Positions 27,701-41,500 of a DNA stretch of 64,000 bases are shown here, in pieces. Both the position numbers and the translations under genes were made by a program. Source of the DNA: Raillietiella orientalis (lineage: Eukaryota); the NCBI GenBank assembly GCA_036172245.1, contig JAYWIR010000006.1, forward strand, positions 5,146,001 through 5,210,000. The letters run 5' to 3'. Under the pieces are notes generated by a model. The model was not told the DNA's origin. It did not search any database and saw only the letters and a program-made list of their open reading frames with translations. The stretch's first letter is position 1, and each line of letters starts with the position of its first letter.

Positions 27701-30700
27701 ATGAGAAATGAGCACTTGAGGTAATATGCACTAGTGAAGCTTTAACTACTGAAAGTTCCGCAAATAGGCAAGTTACAAAGCTAATGATACTTCTGTAATG
27801 TTGCAAGCCAATTTGCGAAACATTTATAAGTAGTATACAAACGTTTAATGATCAGTATATTCTTTTTGCCGCACACTCAAATCAAGGTAATTATTAGAGT
27901 TTTATAGAACATTTCTTGCTTTTATTCTAGGAACTTTCGCTGAAGGGGAACACAAACACTGTCTTCAGACCGTTTTAAAATGTTATCTATAAAATTTGCC
28001 TTCTGTACGCTAATATATGTGTCATAATCATGCAGTAAGCATATAAATATAAATGGATCTTCACAGAATGAATCAAGATGAGAAGACACATGAATGAATT
28101 GTAATTCAAAAAATTGTAATTTCATGAGTTTCAGGTATTATTTGTGAATGGGCTTTGAAAAAATGGAATTTGTATGCAATTTTCGTGCCTGCGGAGTGAA
28201 ACGATTACCACGATGATACGATCCATGTAGGGAAAGGAGGAGGTCTAAAATTCTGAATTTCCACACAAACTGTAACTTAATTTGGAAGAGAATGAATTTA
28301 AGGTCATTTCTTGGTTCGCGTTTCCTTATTCAGCAAGTAGGATCATGTATTAATATCTTTCAGGAAAATATGTAAAATATGTATATATGGTTTCTATATT
28401 GCTCTTCGTCCCAACCAAAGTGAAAATACAAGTTATCATTATAGTACGGATTAATTGCAGTGTATTATGTTCCTATTTGGTGATTTTGCATACATTTAGA
28501 CCACTTTTAGGAAGCACAAGGGCGTTGTTTTTATTGTCCCTGTCATACTTAATATTGAAGATCATCTCAATTACGGAGTACACAAACCTGTCCACCTCTG
28601 TCCTTATCTGAAAGTTTTATTGCTCCACTTTTGCGACTTGTGTTTGGATCTGAACTCATAATAATCTTCGCATATCGAAAATAATTTGAGAAACTGATTG
28701 CAGCATCTAAGAAAAAAACTATGCTATTCGGTAGTATTCCGACGTATGATGGAACACTTGGATGCACTGAGATTCAAACGTTCTCATTTTTTGTATTTGA
28801 ATCTCGGTTCTGTCTTAATGCAAACTTTCCAATGTTGATACTGTGGACCCCTATTGTGTATGTGATTGTAGATATTTTGCAGGGGATGCAATTTTTTTTT
28901 TCTTTTTGAATTTGTAACGTACCAGAATTGGTTAAGCACTTGGATTACATTTGTTTTAGTTCACAGGTTGCAATATTAAGTACGAAACTTATTTGATTAA
29001 ATTTAAACTGTTTATCACATTTCACTGTAACGTTACTAATGTGTAAGCTACCACCAACAAAGACGTCACTTAACGTGTTATTTACTGTTTTGCATTTTAT
29101 CCAGAACTCGAATTCTACTTACATCATGAGATTAGCATTTACTTGTAGTGATATGTTGCCATGGGCCTAAACTTTCGTGACTTCAAAAAAAAATATTTTT
29201 ATTTCCATCCTAAGCATTCTACGCATAAGCAGTTTGAAAGCGTTACAAGTGATGCATATGAAGTATCTGCATTTGAATCTCAAAAAAGGAGTCTCAAGAA
29301 AAGTGTTGGAATAATTAACAGAAAGATCAGTGTTGTCAGAACAAATTTCAACATGATGATTCAGGTGATTTCAACAGATGAACAAACATAACCTCAAAAG
29401 TATTCAAAGTGAAAGCTAACTCGAGTTAAATTTTTTTTTCCAGAGATTAAGAAGACCTATACTTGGACAGTGTTATTTCGAAAATTCTCCCAGTTCTGTT
29501 AATTCAACAACAGAACCCGGAAACTATTCTTTACAGCTTTACAGTCCTTTTGGCTTGGAAAGTCCTAGTGTTGGGAATCAGCATCCAGTGCCTAATAATT
29601 GTTCCAGGTAAAACAGCAAATTATGTAATTCCTGATTATTTATTGTGATACTTAGAACAAACAAAAAATGTAAAAGAAGGTTACTCAGCAGTCCTAAAGA
29701 ATCTGAATCCAAGAAACGAAATCCAAGAAAGAATCCATTTTTTAATTTTAGGAATCATATTCCTTAATTTGAAAATGGAACAATGGGATCTATTTTCCTT
29801 ATTTATACTGCCCCTATCCTAATTGGAATAAAATCTGTTTATACTTATAAGATTCAAAGTAATTGTAAGTTTTTATGCAGTCCTCTCTAGTGTTAAGATA
29901 AGCTTACTTCCCTATGTAACCAACTTTGAACTCATCTGCAAGGCTTCAGATCTTTGTTTTCATACAATTACTGCATTTTTTTCATGCCCTAAATTAAGTT
30001 TCGGTATTGTTTTTTTTTTATATCAACAACTAATTGCAACACTCTATGTGAATTTTAGAGTGTACATTTTTGTTACATGAAAGCTCTATAAACAAATGAC
30101 TTTGAAGACGTTCTTTAAATTAATTTAAAGTGACATTCTAAAATGTGATTGGCACATGATCTTACTTGTGCTTGCATATTTTACTGTTTGCTCTTTGGCC
30201 CAGTTCATCTGCTAATGCACTCCAATTAATGCTCTGAAAACTATAGACTTGCAGCTGTAGTATTTATGAAGCATACGGAATGCAAAAATTTCATCATTTT
30301 TGATGGCTTTTCATTCCAGTTGGTATTTGTGAGACCTGCCTTGATACAAATATCACACTTGATTCTACAGTCTCAATTGAATTTCAAATTTCTACCAAAA
30401 TGTAATTTCAATTATTAATTACTGTTTAATGTAAATGATAAAAAAAAACGAAATTCTGTAACTGATGGACTCATTCAAAACTTTCTGCATAAAATTTGAC
30501 AATAAAACATTATCACTAGTATGTCTACACTTTTGTTAAAATAAAAAAAAAGTCTTAAAAGGGAAAAAAGGGGACACACGTTACAAAAACACTTAGTACT
30601 ACTATCTATCTACATGCTTAGTGGATTTAATACTGAATAAATAAACGCGGTTGTTTCAGATAACTGAAAACCTGAGTGATTTTTATGACTAAATATACTG

Positions 30701-31033
30701 CCTTTGTGCACAAACATTTGATCAGAAATTTTTTGTGACATGCATCAAACTTAAAATGCTTCTTCAAATGGTCAATGTTAATGTCTACTTTGTTAAAAAT
30801 GTTGGCTGTAGGCCATCAGGTACTTCAATTGGTATTCAGTAAGTAAATATACAGTTTTCAACTTTAATTGAAACTTTTGGTCTAAGAATGAGATTAGAAA
30901 AGTGAAATGTAGAAAACCCCTTTTGAGTACTTTTCCATTTAGTTTTTTGGGCCACACTAAATCTCAAACTAAATGTAACACATTCCTAGTTAAACAGTAA
31001 ACTTTATTGCAAAATCGAACTACAAAGCTTCCA

Positions 31034-31154
31034 CTTATTGTGTTTATTTCTTTTGTGCCGAAATTGATTTCTGATTAAATACCAGTTGCTGTGAACTGAT
31101 CTACATGCCACAGTCACCACAATTATAATTAAAGTCACTGTATATGTTAGGGAA
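31034..31154 (+). repeat. Left arm of ~120-bp inverted repeat
   Basis: Near-identical to the reverse complement of 32607-32740 (shared CTGATTAAATACCAGTTGCTG.GAACTGATCTACATGCCACAGTCAC and CACAATTATAATTAAA.TCACTGTATATGTTAGGGAA). Confidence 0.92.
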
Positions 31155-32606
31155 TTACTTTAAAAAGACTGGTCGCATCGATTACATGTTCTTTAATAAA
31201 CCGGAAAGAAATTGGAACTTTAGAAACATCAATTTCATTTGCCAAGAAATGTGGACAAACACAATTTCTACAGACGAGTCGTACCACAACATGACAGATA
31301 GCACAACTTTGAGATTTCGTGTGGAATGGATCATACAGCGATGGCATCAAGAAATACGTAACATACGTCTATGAGCAACTCGAAGTTCACGTTAAGTCAA
31401 AGTGCAGAAGTTGCCTATTGAGTATGCTGTGGTAATTTTTCAAATCTGCATTCACTTGGCTTTGGCAGAAGGTTTCCATGCGTTTTCAAGTTTCCTTTCC
31501 TTCGCCATTTTACCGTCCCTCACGCGGACTGGCGTGATCCCCAACCCTACCCCGTCACGGGACAGGCTGTCCTTTTGCACTCGAACATTTTCCTTGCATG
31601 CAAATCCCGGATATGTCGCGTATCACCTTCTCTCTCCGGGAAACACGCTATCCTGCTGTCCGGGAAATCATCACTGCAGCCACTGTGAGGAACAGATACA
31701 AATCTGTGACGGTTGTGTGGCATCACGGTCACCTTCTCCTCGCACTCCACGTTGCAGCAGAGGCCCTTCAGCCATGCGCGAACATCCTTCTCCGCAGGAT
31801 ACGCAAGTGCTCTGCTCCCACATCCACGACATGGACCGCCTTTTGGGATCTGCTTCTGGATTCCCATCCGCATTCCGACTACGACTTCATTTCGGCGTCT
31901 CGTTTTCTCTTTTCCATTTAAATCTGCTAACAAATTTTTCTCTCCGATGTATTTTCGTAACCTTTAGTGAATATGTTGCGGCTGTAATCGTTTAATGGAA
32001 CACGAATCAAGTCTCAATACCAAGTTCAAGTTATCTTGCTCCTCTGCTTTCATTTTTTCGTCCTGCTGTCTACCTGTATTGATGCAGAGTAAACGTACTC
32101 TGAATTAAAGCAGAATATCTTGTCGACTTTTCAGAAAACACTTCACAAGCATTCAGGTAAAACTGATTTGAGGATCTATCAACACTGATCTTACTAGAGG
32201 ACTACAGATATATTGAATCCAACCTTTAACATCAGTGATACTTACAATCCTGAATGAAGTTTCCTTGATCTAAATGATAGGTTTAACTATCATCTGCTTC
32301 AGGAAAACTTATTTTTGACATCCATGATCCTCATAATATAATTGCAAATTGTCTTTGAAAAACTAAATATTTTATTAATTAGATATTCAGACTTTTCTGA
32401 GAATTATTCCCTCAAATGTTAATGACGTATCTTTTGTTTTCTTTTCACTAAAGTCAGTGATACAGTATGAAGATTTCAACTGAGAACCTGAGTATTTTTC
32501 TACTGCTAAAATCTTTTCACATACATTTTACCATCGCCAGTAACAGTTCTTATATTTCACGGCTTTGAAACTTTTGAAAATATCGTTTTCAAAGTAGACA
32601 ACACCT
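31155..32606 (-). pseudogene. Decayed, intron-containing METTL25B/RRNAD1-like methyltransferase gene fragment (N-terminal half)
   Basis: Ordered broken motifs matching RRNAD1 as remembered: acceptor + FFKDNL..GSW (32362; EFFTDNLW..LP.SW); SVLPECL..LKS..L*FR (SVWPLTLLALKS..LAFTR); RNIFTK..RRRNEV (FRKHV..KKQHEI); VHVVDVGAEHL..HG LKG..VECEEK (QVVDVGSGQGHL..GL.VKSIEGDQR). A 44-nt GTAAGT..TAG intron is retained at ~32202-32245. Multiple stops and frameshifts. Confidence 0.65.
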
Positions 32607-32740
32607 TTCCCTAACATATACAGTGAATTTAATTATAATTGTGAAACATAACACCAAGGTGACTGTGGCATGTAGATCAGTTCTCAGCAACTGGTATTTA
32701 ATCAGGAAATCAATTTCGTCACAAAAGAATAAAAAATAAG
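32607..32740 (-). repeat. Right arm of ~120-bp inverted repeat
   Basis: Reverse complement of 31034-31154, with a few substitutions and one ~15-nt extra segment (AAACATAACACCAAG). Confidence 0.92.
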
Positions 32741-35545
32741 GAATTATAAGACTGATCTGCGAATGTCATTAACTGATGTACCGATTTCCCTTTTGATAAA
32801 TTTGTTACCACTGAGCTGGGCATCCTAATTCGTAAATGCCACCGTTGCTTTTGCACTATTTTAGTTAAGGGAGAATGTTTTGCTAAAAGTGATGTTTTTG
32901 TCTTATATCTAACCATTGTGTGTTAATTTAGATCTCAATATAGTTCTTATTTTAAAAAGATTTAAATTGGTGTCGTTGCTACAAATTATCTCTCTCTAAA
33001 AAAAACTTAATTTACGCTTTTCATGCTCGAATTAAAAAAAAAATCCAATAATGCTTTGATGACTTGTGTTCAAAAGTTTCTTCAGATGATTCCTAATTAC
33101 AAATACATCTTTCTGAGTAATCAGTTGTTGATAGATTTGAGAATTTCAATTCCAAATCTTGAAAATCTTATTTTCACTTCAGCTAAACTTTCTTTTTTCC
33201 TAATCCATCACGTAGGATAATTAGAATAGTAATAAATGTGATAAATTCTTGTTGAGATCCCTGAGAAAAACGAATAGCTGAATATGTTCTTCTTAGATAT
33301 ACTGTATAAAATACACATTTGAGACAGTGTATTGTTCCGAATGGAAATAATGCAAAATTCGCAATAGTAAGACCTAACATACTTTACTTCATTTGTATGA
33401 ACTAATAAGTATATAACTGGCTTTCCATCTGAGTGCAGGAACTGAGAACACATTGAGGGTGAACACCATCACAAACATGGTTCTCAAAAATTTACTAACT
33501 ACCGATTTTGAAACTCAATACAGTGGAAATTAGATCGCTGGGATAAGAATTTTTTAACGTGATTGGTTCCAGGAAGAAATGTCATTTGCGAAATGTTCAG
33601 TATTTATAAAAATATACAAAACCACGTAATAATTCTTTCGTTCTAAAGTGGTTTAAAGGCTACCATGAAGTACCTGAAAAGGCATGCATTTCAGTGGCAC
33701 TCTCAGTTTTTCCATTGTTTATAAAGATTTTCAAGGAGCAAATGGTTCACATAAATGGTATGAACACAATAAACACAGACCCTTTGTGTATCGTTCTGTA
33801 CTCATCAAGTGAGTGGGAAGAAAATAAATACAATACAGCTCGGAATAGTTCCCAAATTAAAAAGCAACTGGATGTTAATGTTGTTTCTGAAATCCAATTT
33901 GCTCATTACAGTAACTAATCTATTCACATTATTTATTGCTTCACTCCAGAAAATCTTGAAATTCACTCTTCATAAGAATACTATTATTTGTACTGTGATT
34001 CTTGAGCATTTGGATTTATTTTTTCTTAGGAAAAGGATGGCATATGATTCCAGCCATAGGAAAGACGAAGTTTTCAAAATTCCAGCAGTAGTTCATTCAT
34101 GTTTTGTATGAGAGCGGAAATCTATTCTACAAAGCTTCTTATATTAGCAAGTAATTTGTATTAAAAATTTAAGCTCAAGTTTTTTTTTTCCACACAAAGG
34201 TTCTTCTTCTTTCATGTGAGAAGGATGTGTGATTTCCTTGCAGTGTATTTTCAGAAAGACAAAAGTCTTGAACTTTACTTTTTCAAAATAAGCTCAAAAA
34301 AAAAGTTTCACAGCTTATTTTGTCTCTAGTTTTATCGATTTCACTGTTGTCTGATCAAATAACTGTACGTACATTGCATGAACATGTAACTGTTGCACTT
34401 GCATCTCCATTGAAAAATTGATCTGTATTTATTTTTTCAGAACAGTGATGCATGCTTAAAAAAGAAAATAATGCTTAATTAAAGTGTACAGAAAATGTAA
34501 AATTTCTAAGCGTTCGAGGACGAGAAAGGAATCCTTAGCTAACGAGATCTCTACTCGTGGTGATCAGGGAAACTGGAAAGTAACAAATAAAAATGTTTCC
34601 TCAACTGAACTATCGGGAGCTCCAAAAGATTTGTAGTTCTATAATGATTTCTGTCACCAGTATTCCTGAGCAATAAAGGTGAATCTAGTTTTTTGTATTC
34701 CTGGAGTTGAACTGCAGTTTTCAGAGACAAAAGAATTGCTCTGAATGATTAGACACTTCATAAGTTATGAACAAAAGTACATCATTGAAAAAGTATCAAT
34801 ACTATTATTTGAAAATCATGGTCTATGTACATCCCTTTTCGTTATGGAATTCTGTTAGCATGCCGTTTACCGTTCTCAAAAACATTTAGGTGATCGAATT
34901 CAATTATGATCTCTCCTTGTCAGGAATGATTTGAAAGAAAAAGACGAGGTTTATGACTCAGAGATTTGTAGAAAGAAAGAAAAAAAGAGAGAAGGAAAGA
35001 ACAGAAGGGTCGTTGGGCAAATTAGTAAAGAAAGCCAATAGAAAATCTTCAGATTGAGAAAATTCATGTTGTAAGCAGTTCCTGCTAAAATCTCTTCTAT
35101 AATAGATTTGTGTGGAGAAATTCTTTACAGACTGAGTAGTAACCTCTTTACTAGAATTTCTACAAGAATCGAATATGCTGTTAGTACCGATCATATTAGC
35201 ATTAGGTTTTGAAACGGTATCTGGCGTGGAAATTATTAATTTCTTAAAGTATGAGTATTTTTCAGGAAATAATCTTCTTTTAAGTTGAGAACCTTAACAT
35301 ATCTAGCAATGCATGATCACTACTTTCCAGCATTTGAGATTTCATTTATATTCGTACCAAAGTATGTGGTAATTCAAAACAACATCCTAAGTGTGTGATT
35401 TCACGTGTTGGAGTGTAAATGCAGAGTTATCTACGTAGAATGTGTTCTGTGAAGTTCTGTCCGTGGTAACTTCAAAGATTTGGTGTACGTAAACTTCCAA
35501 GTATTTCAAATTTGTTTGTGAAGTATGTAGCATCCCGGAGCTAAA

Positions 35546-38500
35546 ATGCTACGATGTCTCTTTATAACAGCGAATGTTGGATCATTATTCGATAACGTGA
35601 GTATATTTATGTATAAGCACTTTAGAGAATGTATAGTGTATTTTAACATTTTTCAAGTTGTGATATGAAGAAGATACTTCAAACAATAACTACTATTCGT
35701 ACATTCAGAGCCAATGTTTGAGTGCGTTATTCAATGAAAGCTAATGCATCATTTTTGTGTGTGAAGATCAGATAGGCAAAATATTCTTTGCAATATTTCG
35801 TACCTCAGTTATCGGTTTAAATAAAGAAAATTTATTCACCTTTCATCTATTGGTTTTGTGTATTCTCGCATAGTTTGTTAAAGAAATGTTGTTGAACTGA
35901 AATGAAATGTTGGTGATTTTCATTGATAGAGTAGCCTTGATGATGTTTTTTCATTCAGCTTTTTGGAGTAATTAACCGATTAGGTTGCATTCCAAGAAGT
36001 ATTCTAGAATACTTTTCTTAGAATTTCTTTAACTTCTTAGAATACTTCTCAAGTATCCTAAGAAAATTCCAGTATTCAGCATAATTCTCTTAGCATTGTT
36101 TGTTCATGTAGTATTCTTTGGATTTTATAAATAAGAGATGACCACATTTTCCAAAATAAATAATGGATCTAGCCTAGATGAATAGTGCTTGGAAGGAGCT
36201 CTCATGATTGTTTTTTCATCAAAGAGTATTTAAATTTCACTTTGTCATATCAGTAATATACTTTTATTTTGTTTACAACTTCTTTTAGTGAAAAATGGAA
36301 GCTCTTTACTTATATTTTGCTAACATCAAACTATACATGCAAATTTTTGAAAATTGTAAATTCCACATGATTAGGTAGTCCTTAATGATTTCTGTGATAT
36401 GAATGAATAATAGAGGTTTCAATTTATGAATCTTTGAGAAATAATTTTAATAGTAACGTGATTCAATTTGTAAATAATATTTTGAGAAAATAATTGATGT
36501 TTATCTTTTTTTTAAAAAAAAAATGTCATTATTATCTATATAGAAGGAATATTGCAGTGCTTTTGAATCTTAATCTTTTTAATGTTCTGAAAACTCTGCT
36601 ACATTAATAGCTGAATCAATCATAAATTTAAAGAGGTAAGTGGTAAAAAGATGAATCTTAGGATTTGAAGACGTTGCTTTTTTGCAGAAACATTTGAAAT
36701 GCTTGAAACATTCATGAACATTGGCCATGTTACTATGAAGATGATTTTTTGTTTCAAGAAAGAGTAAAATGTCTTTTTTGTTCTAGGCACAGCAGTTGTT
36801 TCCATGTTGGATATTTGAGTTTGAAAAGGTTGGTGTTCTTATCTGTTGATATATTTTATCATGTGTATCAAAGAACTAGTCTGTCAACAATAATAGCTGT
36901 AGTGTGATGAAAGTAAATTGTGCATAAAGTATTGAAACAAATCTAATCATTTCAAAGTATTTGTTCTGATCAAATTCTAAAGGATCTCAGAAGACCAATA
37001 TTTTAAAAGTCAACGTCAGTGGATAAACTGTCATGGTAGTGGAACCTTAATGCAATCCATACTAATGTAAAAGTATCTTTCATTGCTATGCCAACTAAAG
37101 TTTGAATCAAGTGTGCAATCAAGATGTGAGATGGAGAAGTGATTTCTCATGGGGCATATTTGAAGAAGTTGCAAAGAAATAACGAGTTCACAAATGACAC
37201 GAGTTTGCATGTGAAAACACTTTGGTGTTTTAGTAAAGGCACAATAAACATATATGTTTAAAAACTGTGGTAACTGCAATGAGGGCAAGAGCTCTAGAGA
37301 CTGTGTAACAACAAAGTCCAGTAAAAAATAATGAACTGATGAGTTGGTAAAACAGTTTGCAAAGGCCTTGATTAATTTTCCTTTGTTCACTAGAAAAGTA
37401 TTTGAATCAGTTGGGTGCTGATTGCTTTGTAGTAAAGTAGGCAGTAAAATAAATTAGTTGTCTTTTCTTTCTAGTACATCTCTAAACAAATGTAGTTGAT
37501 ATTAAGAGTGTTTGTATGCTTTTGTTATACCTTTCAGGGTCATTTCAAGTTGAATTTTAGCTTTATGTGTTTGAAAAAATAATATACTTATGTCCAGTGG
37601 AAAAAAAATTCAAACAATACAAAAAAAGAATTTTGTTGTTCAGAATTTTGTTGCATTTGGAATTCTTCACTGAATGTTATTCCTATAGATGGTAACATGT
37701 TGACTGTAGCATGTTGACTGACATGATTTTGATTTACACAGTGTTGCTTATTTTTCATTTTGCAGGTTCCCAAGCTGCTGTTTCTTTTCAAGCTGCAGTG
37801 ATTAAACAATGTATGTCATAATATCTATTTGTAGTAACAGAAACTGTCTCTTCACTTACTTTGTTTTTTCAACATTTACAGTGCTTTTGGAAGCTTTATT
37901 TCAGTAAATTATAACTAATCGTAGTACTGCTTTTGCACCATTGTTGGTAATGTTGTGACTCATACAATATCTATCCCATCCAAGCAGCCTATAAATTCAC
38001 TAACTGGTTTTGTAGTTTATTATTTGAGTTTATTGTTTTCTTCTTTTGTTTATTCTTATGTTGTTACAGTTGTTTTGGCTGATTATTGCGCTGTTCATTT
38101 TTGAGTTTATTGTTCCATGTGGTTTTAAGCCATTTGAATGCATCAAGAACTGTAGGTCCTTTTCTGGAAATCGAGATCGGTAACAAGATGCCAGCAATGT
38201 AGGTTTCTGTGGGTTGATTTTACATTTATGATTATGCTTTGATCAAGTGGATGTGTAGCTGAAGTTGGGCTAAAAAAATTCGAGTTGTGTGTTCAGTAAT
38301 AAAGTATCCTCTGAAATTTAGCCTCTCAAACTATCTGAGAGCAAGCTTTCTGTTTTCATGGATTTATTTGATTTCTGATCATTAAGACTTTTAGCAAAAA
38401 TTATGGTGGTCTGTCATGTGTTTTCTTGCTTGTGTCTTATGATTATGGCATTTTTTGAATGTTCTTTGTTTCAGTATATATTTATGATTACACTTTGATG

Positions 38501-41500
38501 TGAATGGTCAAGCATTTTGTGTTGCTAGTTTGCAATACAATAGACACACTTATGTTCATTATAAATATGCTATAAGTTTTTACCTATATACTGTGACTGC
38601 TGCATAATCATTTTGAATCACACAATAATGATTGCACACAAGTATGTCAATTAAAATTCTGAATGACTTAAACAACAAATTCTGAATGACTCAAACAACA
38701 AAGATAATTTTTTTTATACTTCATTTATGTAGTGTTCAATGGATTAAGTAGCATATAATATTTTTAAGCTTAAATGCTGTACTACATAAAATGTGTTATG
38801 AAGAAATCTACAAGGAGGCCTTAAAATTTAATTAGAGATTCTTGATACCTAAAATTTTTGTATTTTCATCCGAACTTTTTGTGTTCCAGATTTCTGTTAT
38901 ATTTTCTGTTTTTATTCTCTTTATGTTTTTTGAACAATTATTTCAAGGTTATGGGATTCATTTTATTACTTATATATTACCAGTCATCAATCCAAGTTAT
39001 TATTCTGGGATTTGCTGTTTATTATTAGAAAGTATTTTAACTATCAGTTCTTTTCTTTCACATGTTTGAAGTCTGATGCACTGATTACATTAAAGATACA
39101 ATCACAGTATGAATGTTATTGTGGATTTCTCCACATCTATCGACAGCAATAAAGCTTTGTGTTTTGCAAGCTTAATGTCAATTTCGTATAACAACAGACA
39201 AATCAAATAGGTTGTGTTAATAGTTTTCCTTGCATTGTGAAACTGCTTGTTTCATTTAATCACAATGAGGTAGCATGCTTCTAAGCTATATGGGCATTCT
39301 TATCAACAGCATGTTCAGGTTGAAAAAATTAAGTGGTGCTTTGGTATTTTGCATAAGTCTCAGCATCAGAAATTTCAGGATCCAGGATGGTATGCTTTGA
39401 ATATGGTGCAGATCTATGAATTGTTCTCCACATGACTGCAGAAAATATCCTATGTATTCATCGGAAAACATTGTAAATATCCTAATCCCAAGAACAAATT
39501 CGTATGGTTTCAATGTTTGAATGCCTCTAAATATGTACATTTATAAGCATTTCCATGCTTTCCTTGTATTTTGTAATTTAGAATTTTTTCATGTTATTAG
39601 TTTCGTTTCACTTTTGATGTTTCTGAATTATGTGTCTTTAACTTTCCTTTAATTTATGCATCCATTTAAAAGTGCTTAGTTCTATTTAAGAAGTTTTTCA
39701 AACATCTAATAATGAAAGGTTGTTTCATTTAAATGTTCCAAAATACTTAGATATTTCTTTTGAAAATCTGTTTGATATTCTTGGTAAGTGTCCAGCATTT
39801 CAGTTTGGATTTCAGTTTTTTTTTTTTTTTTTACAAATTGCATTTTTTGGTATAGTGGTAGCTTATTGTACATTTATGCATAGTTTTATCTTTGCGTGAT
39901 TTTGGTGCCAAGGAGTGCTCTTATACCGTGGATGATTTTTAAACTAAACGTAATCATTTTCTGTTCCATGCTACTTCTAATCTGCTTCTGCCTTGGCATT
40001 GTGCATTATTCTTGTTAATCAAATCGCAAATTTACCATTTTATCCATATCCATTTGATCAGATTCACCCATTTTGGAAGAGTTTTTCTAAAATAATACAA
40101 GTGTGTGTCAATTTGTAAAACATTTCATTTCTTGTACATTTTGATTTTGTAAAAAGGGTATGCATATTTAGGGGTAGCTTTTGAAGAAAAAAAAAAAAAT
40201 TCAGATTCTTTAAATTTATGATTTTTCACAGGTGATACAGTCCCAGCAACCAGAATTTATAGCTTTACATTGCCAAGAGATTGGTGGGAAAAACTATACT
40301 AAGAATATGCCCTTAGTTAGAGAATTTGCCAGGTGATGATATTTTATAACTTTAAATTGTTAATAACTGAAATTGATGAATATAGGTTATTACTGAGTTG
40401 TGATCAGTTAAGAGAATTTGATAAAGTCCGCATTTTGTTGGATGAAGATCATTTATCAGCTGACACGTTTACGGTATGTATTTTAAAACTGTAGTCTGAA
40501 ATTTGTCCCTTCTGACTTCAGACTGGTGCCAAACAGACTTTAGAAACTTGTATTGTTAGTTGTAGATGTGGTTATTCAAGTACACTATAATCTGTAGCTT
40601 CTTTAAAAAGTTGGGTTATTTGCATGCATTAAAGCAAGTCTTCTAAGTTATGATAATTATGTATTTTTTGTTACATTTTTCAACTTTCAACTAACTGTCT
40701 GTGGGTATACAATATTATTAGAAAAAAATTATGAATAAACTCACATATAACAAACAATCTTATCTGTATGTAAATGTATTTTGGGTACTAATTGGTAATT
40801 GTGATCACTTAAGTAAATGTTGAAATTTCTTGAATTTGTTCTTCAACTGTTAGGCGTTGGGAAGCTTCTATTTAGCCAAAAATAGCGTGCAGGATGTACA
40901 GATGTGGAACTTCACAGGTAAAATAGAGCATATGAAAATCTTGGGAGATGACTGTCTACAGAGAAGAGATTCTGTTCTGTCTATGGCAAATATGCATTTT
41001 CGGGAAATATTGAGAGAGTTCCAATGAAAGAAAAATTGAAGTTTTCGCAGTCTACGTTTCCCAGTGTAAGTATAATTAACTTGTTGCATCACAGTGTGTA
41101 GATCTAACTGTAGTGTAAATGGACACGCAAAGGATTTATGATTACTCGATGGAAATTGAATGGGATCCATTTGGATCTTGTGAATTTGCATCTCTTTCAT
41201 GATAATAATAATTTAGTTTCATTGAAAGCAGTAAGAGCAGTTTTTTATGTATTTGCAACTGAATCTAAGTTTTAGCATTCTTCTCCTTATGAAATGATTC
41301 GAAAAAATGCACTTTTATCTATTATTCACAGGTCAAGTTAAAAACTTTTAAAAGACTTGTTTTATTTTATTTTATTTTTTCTTTCCATTTAGGCTGCAAG
41401 AATCACCCACATTTTCATCTTATATTTTGTTTGGAGATTTTAACTTCCGGTTAAATCACAGTGCATTAGTGAAGGTTGAGTGTTAGTTTTATTTCATTTG

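Noticed and set aside
31402..31995. 197-aa plus-strand Cys/His-rich ORF as a zinc-finger or viral gene
   Set aside because: Better explained as the antisense of the METTL25B-like pseudogene fragment.
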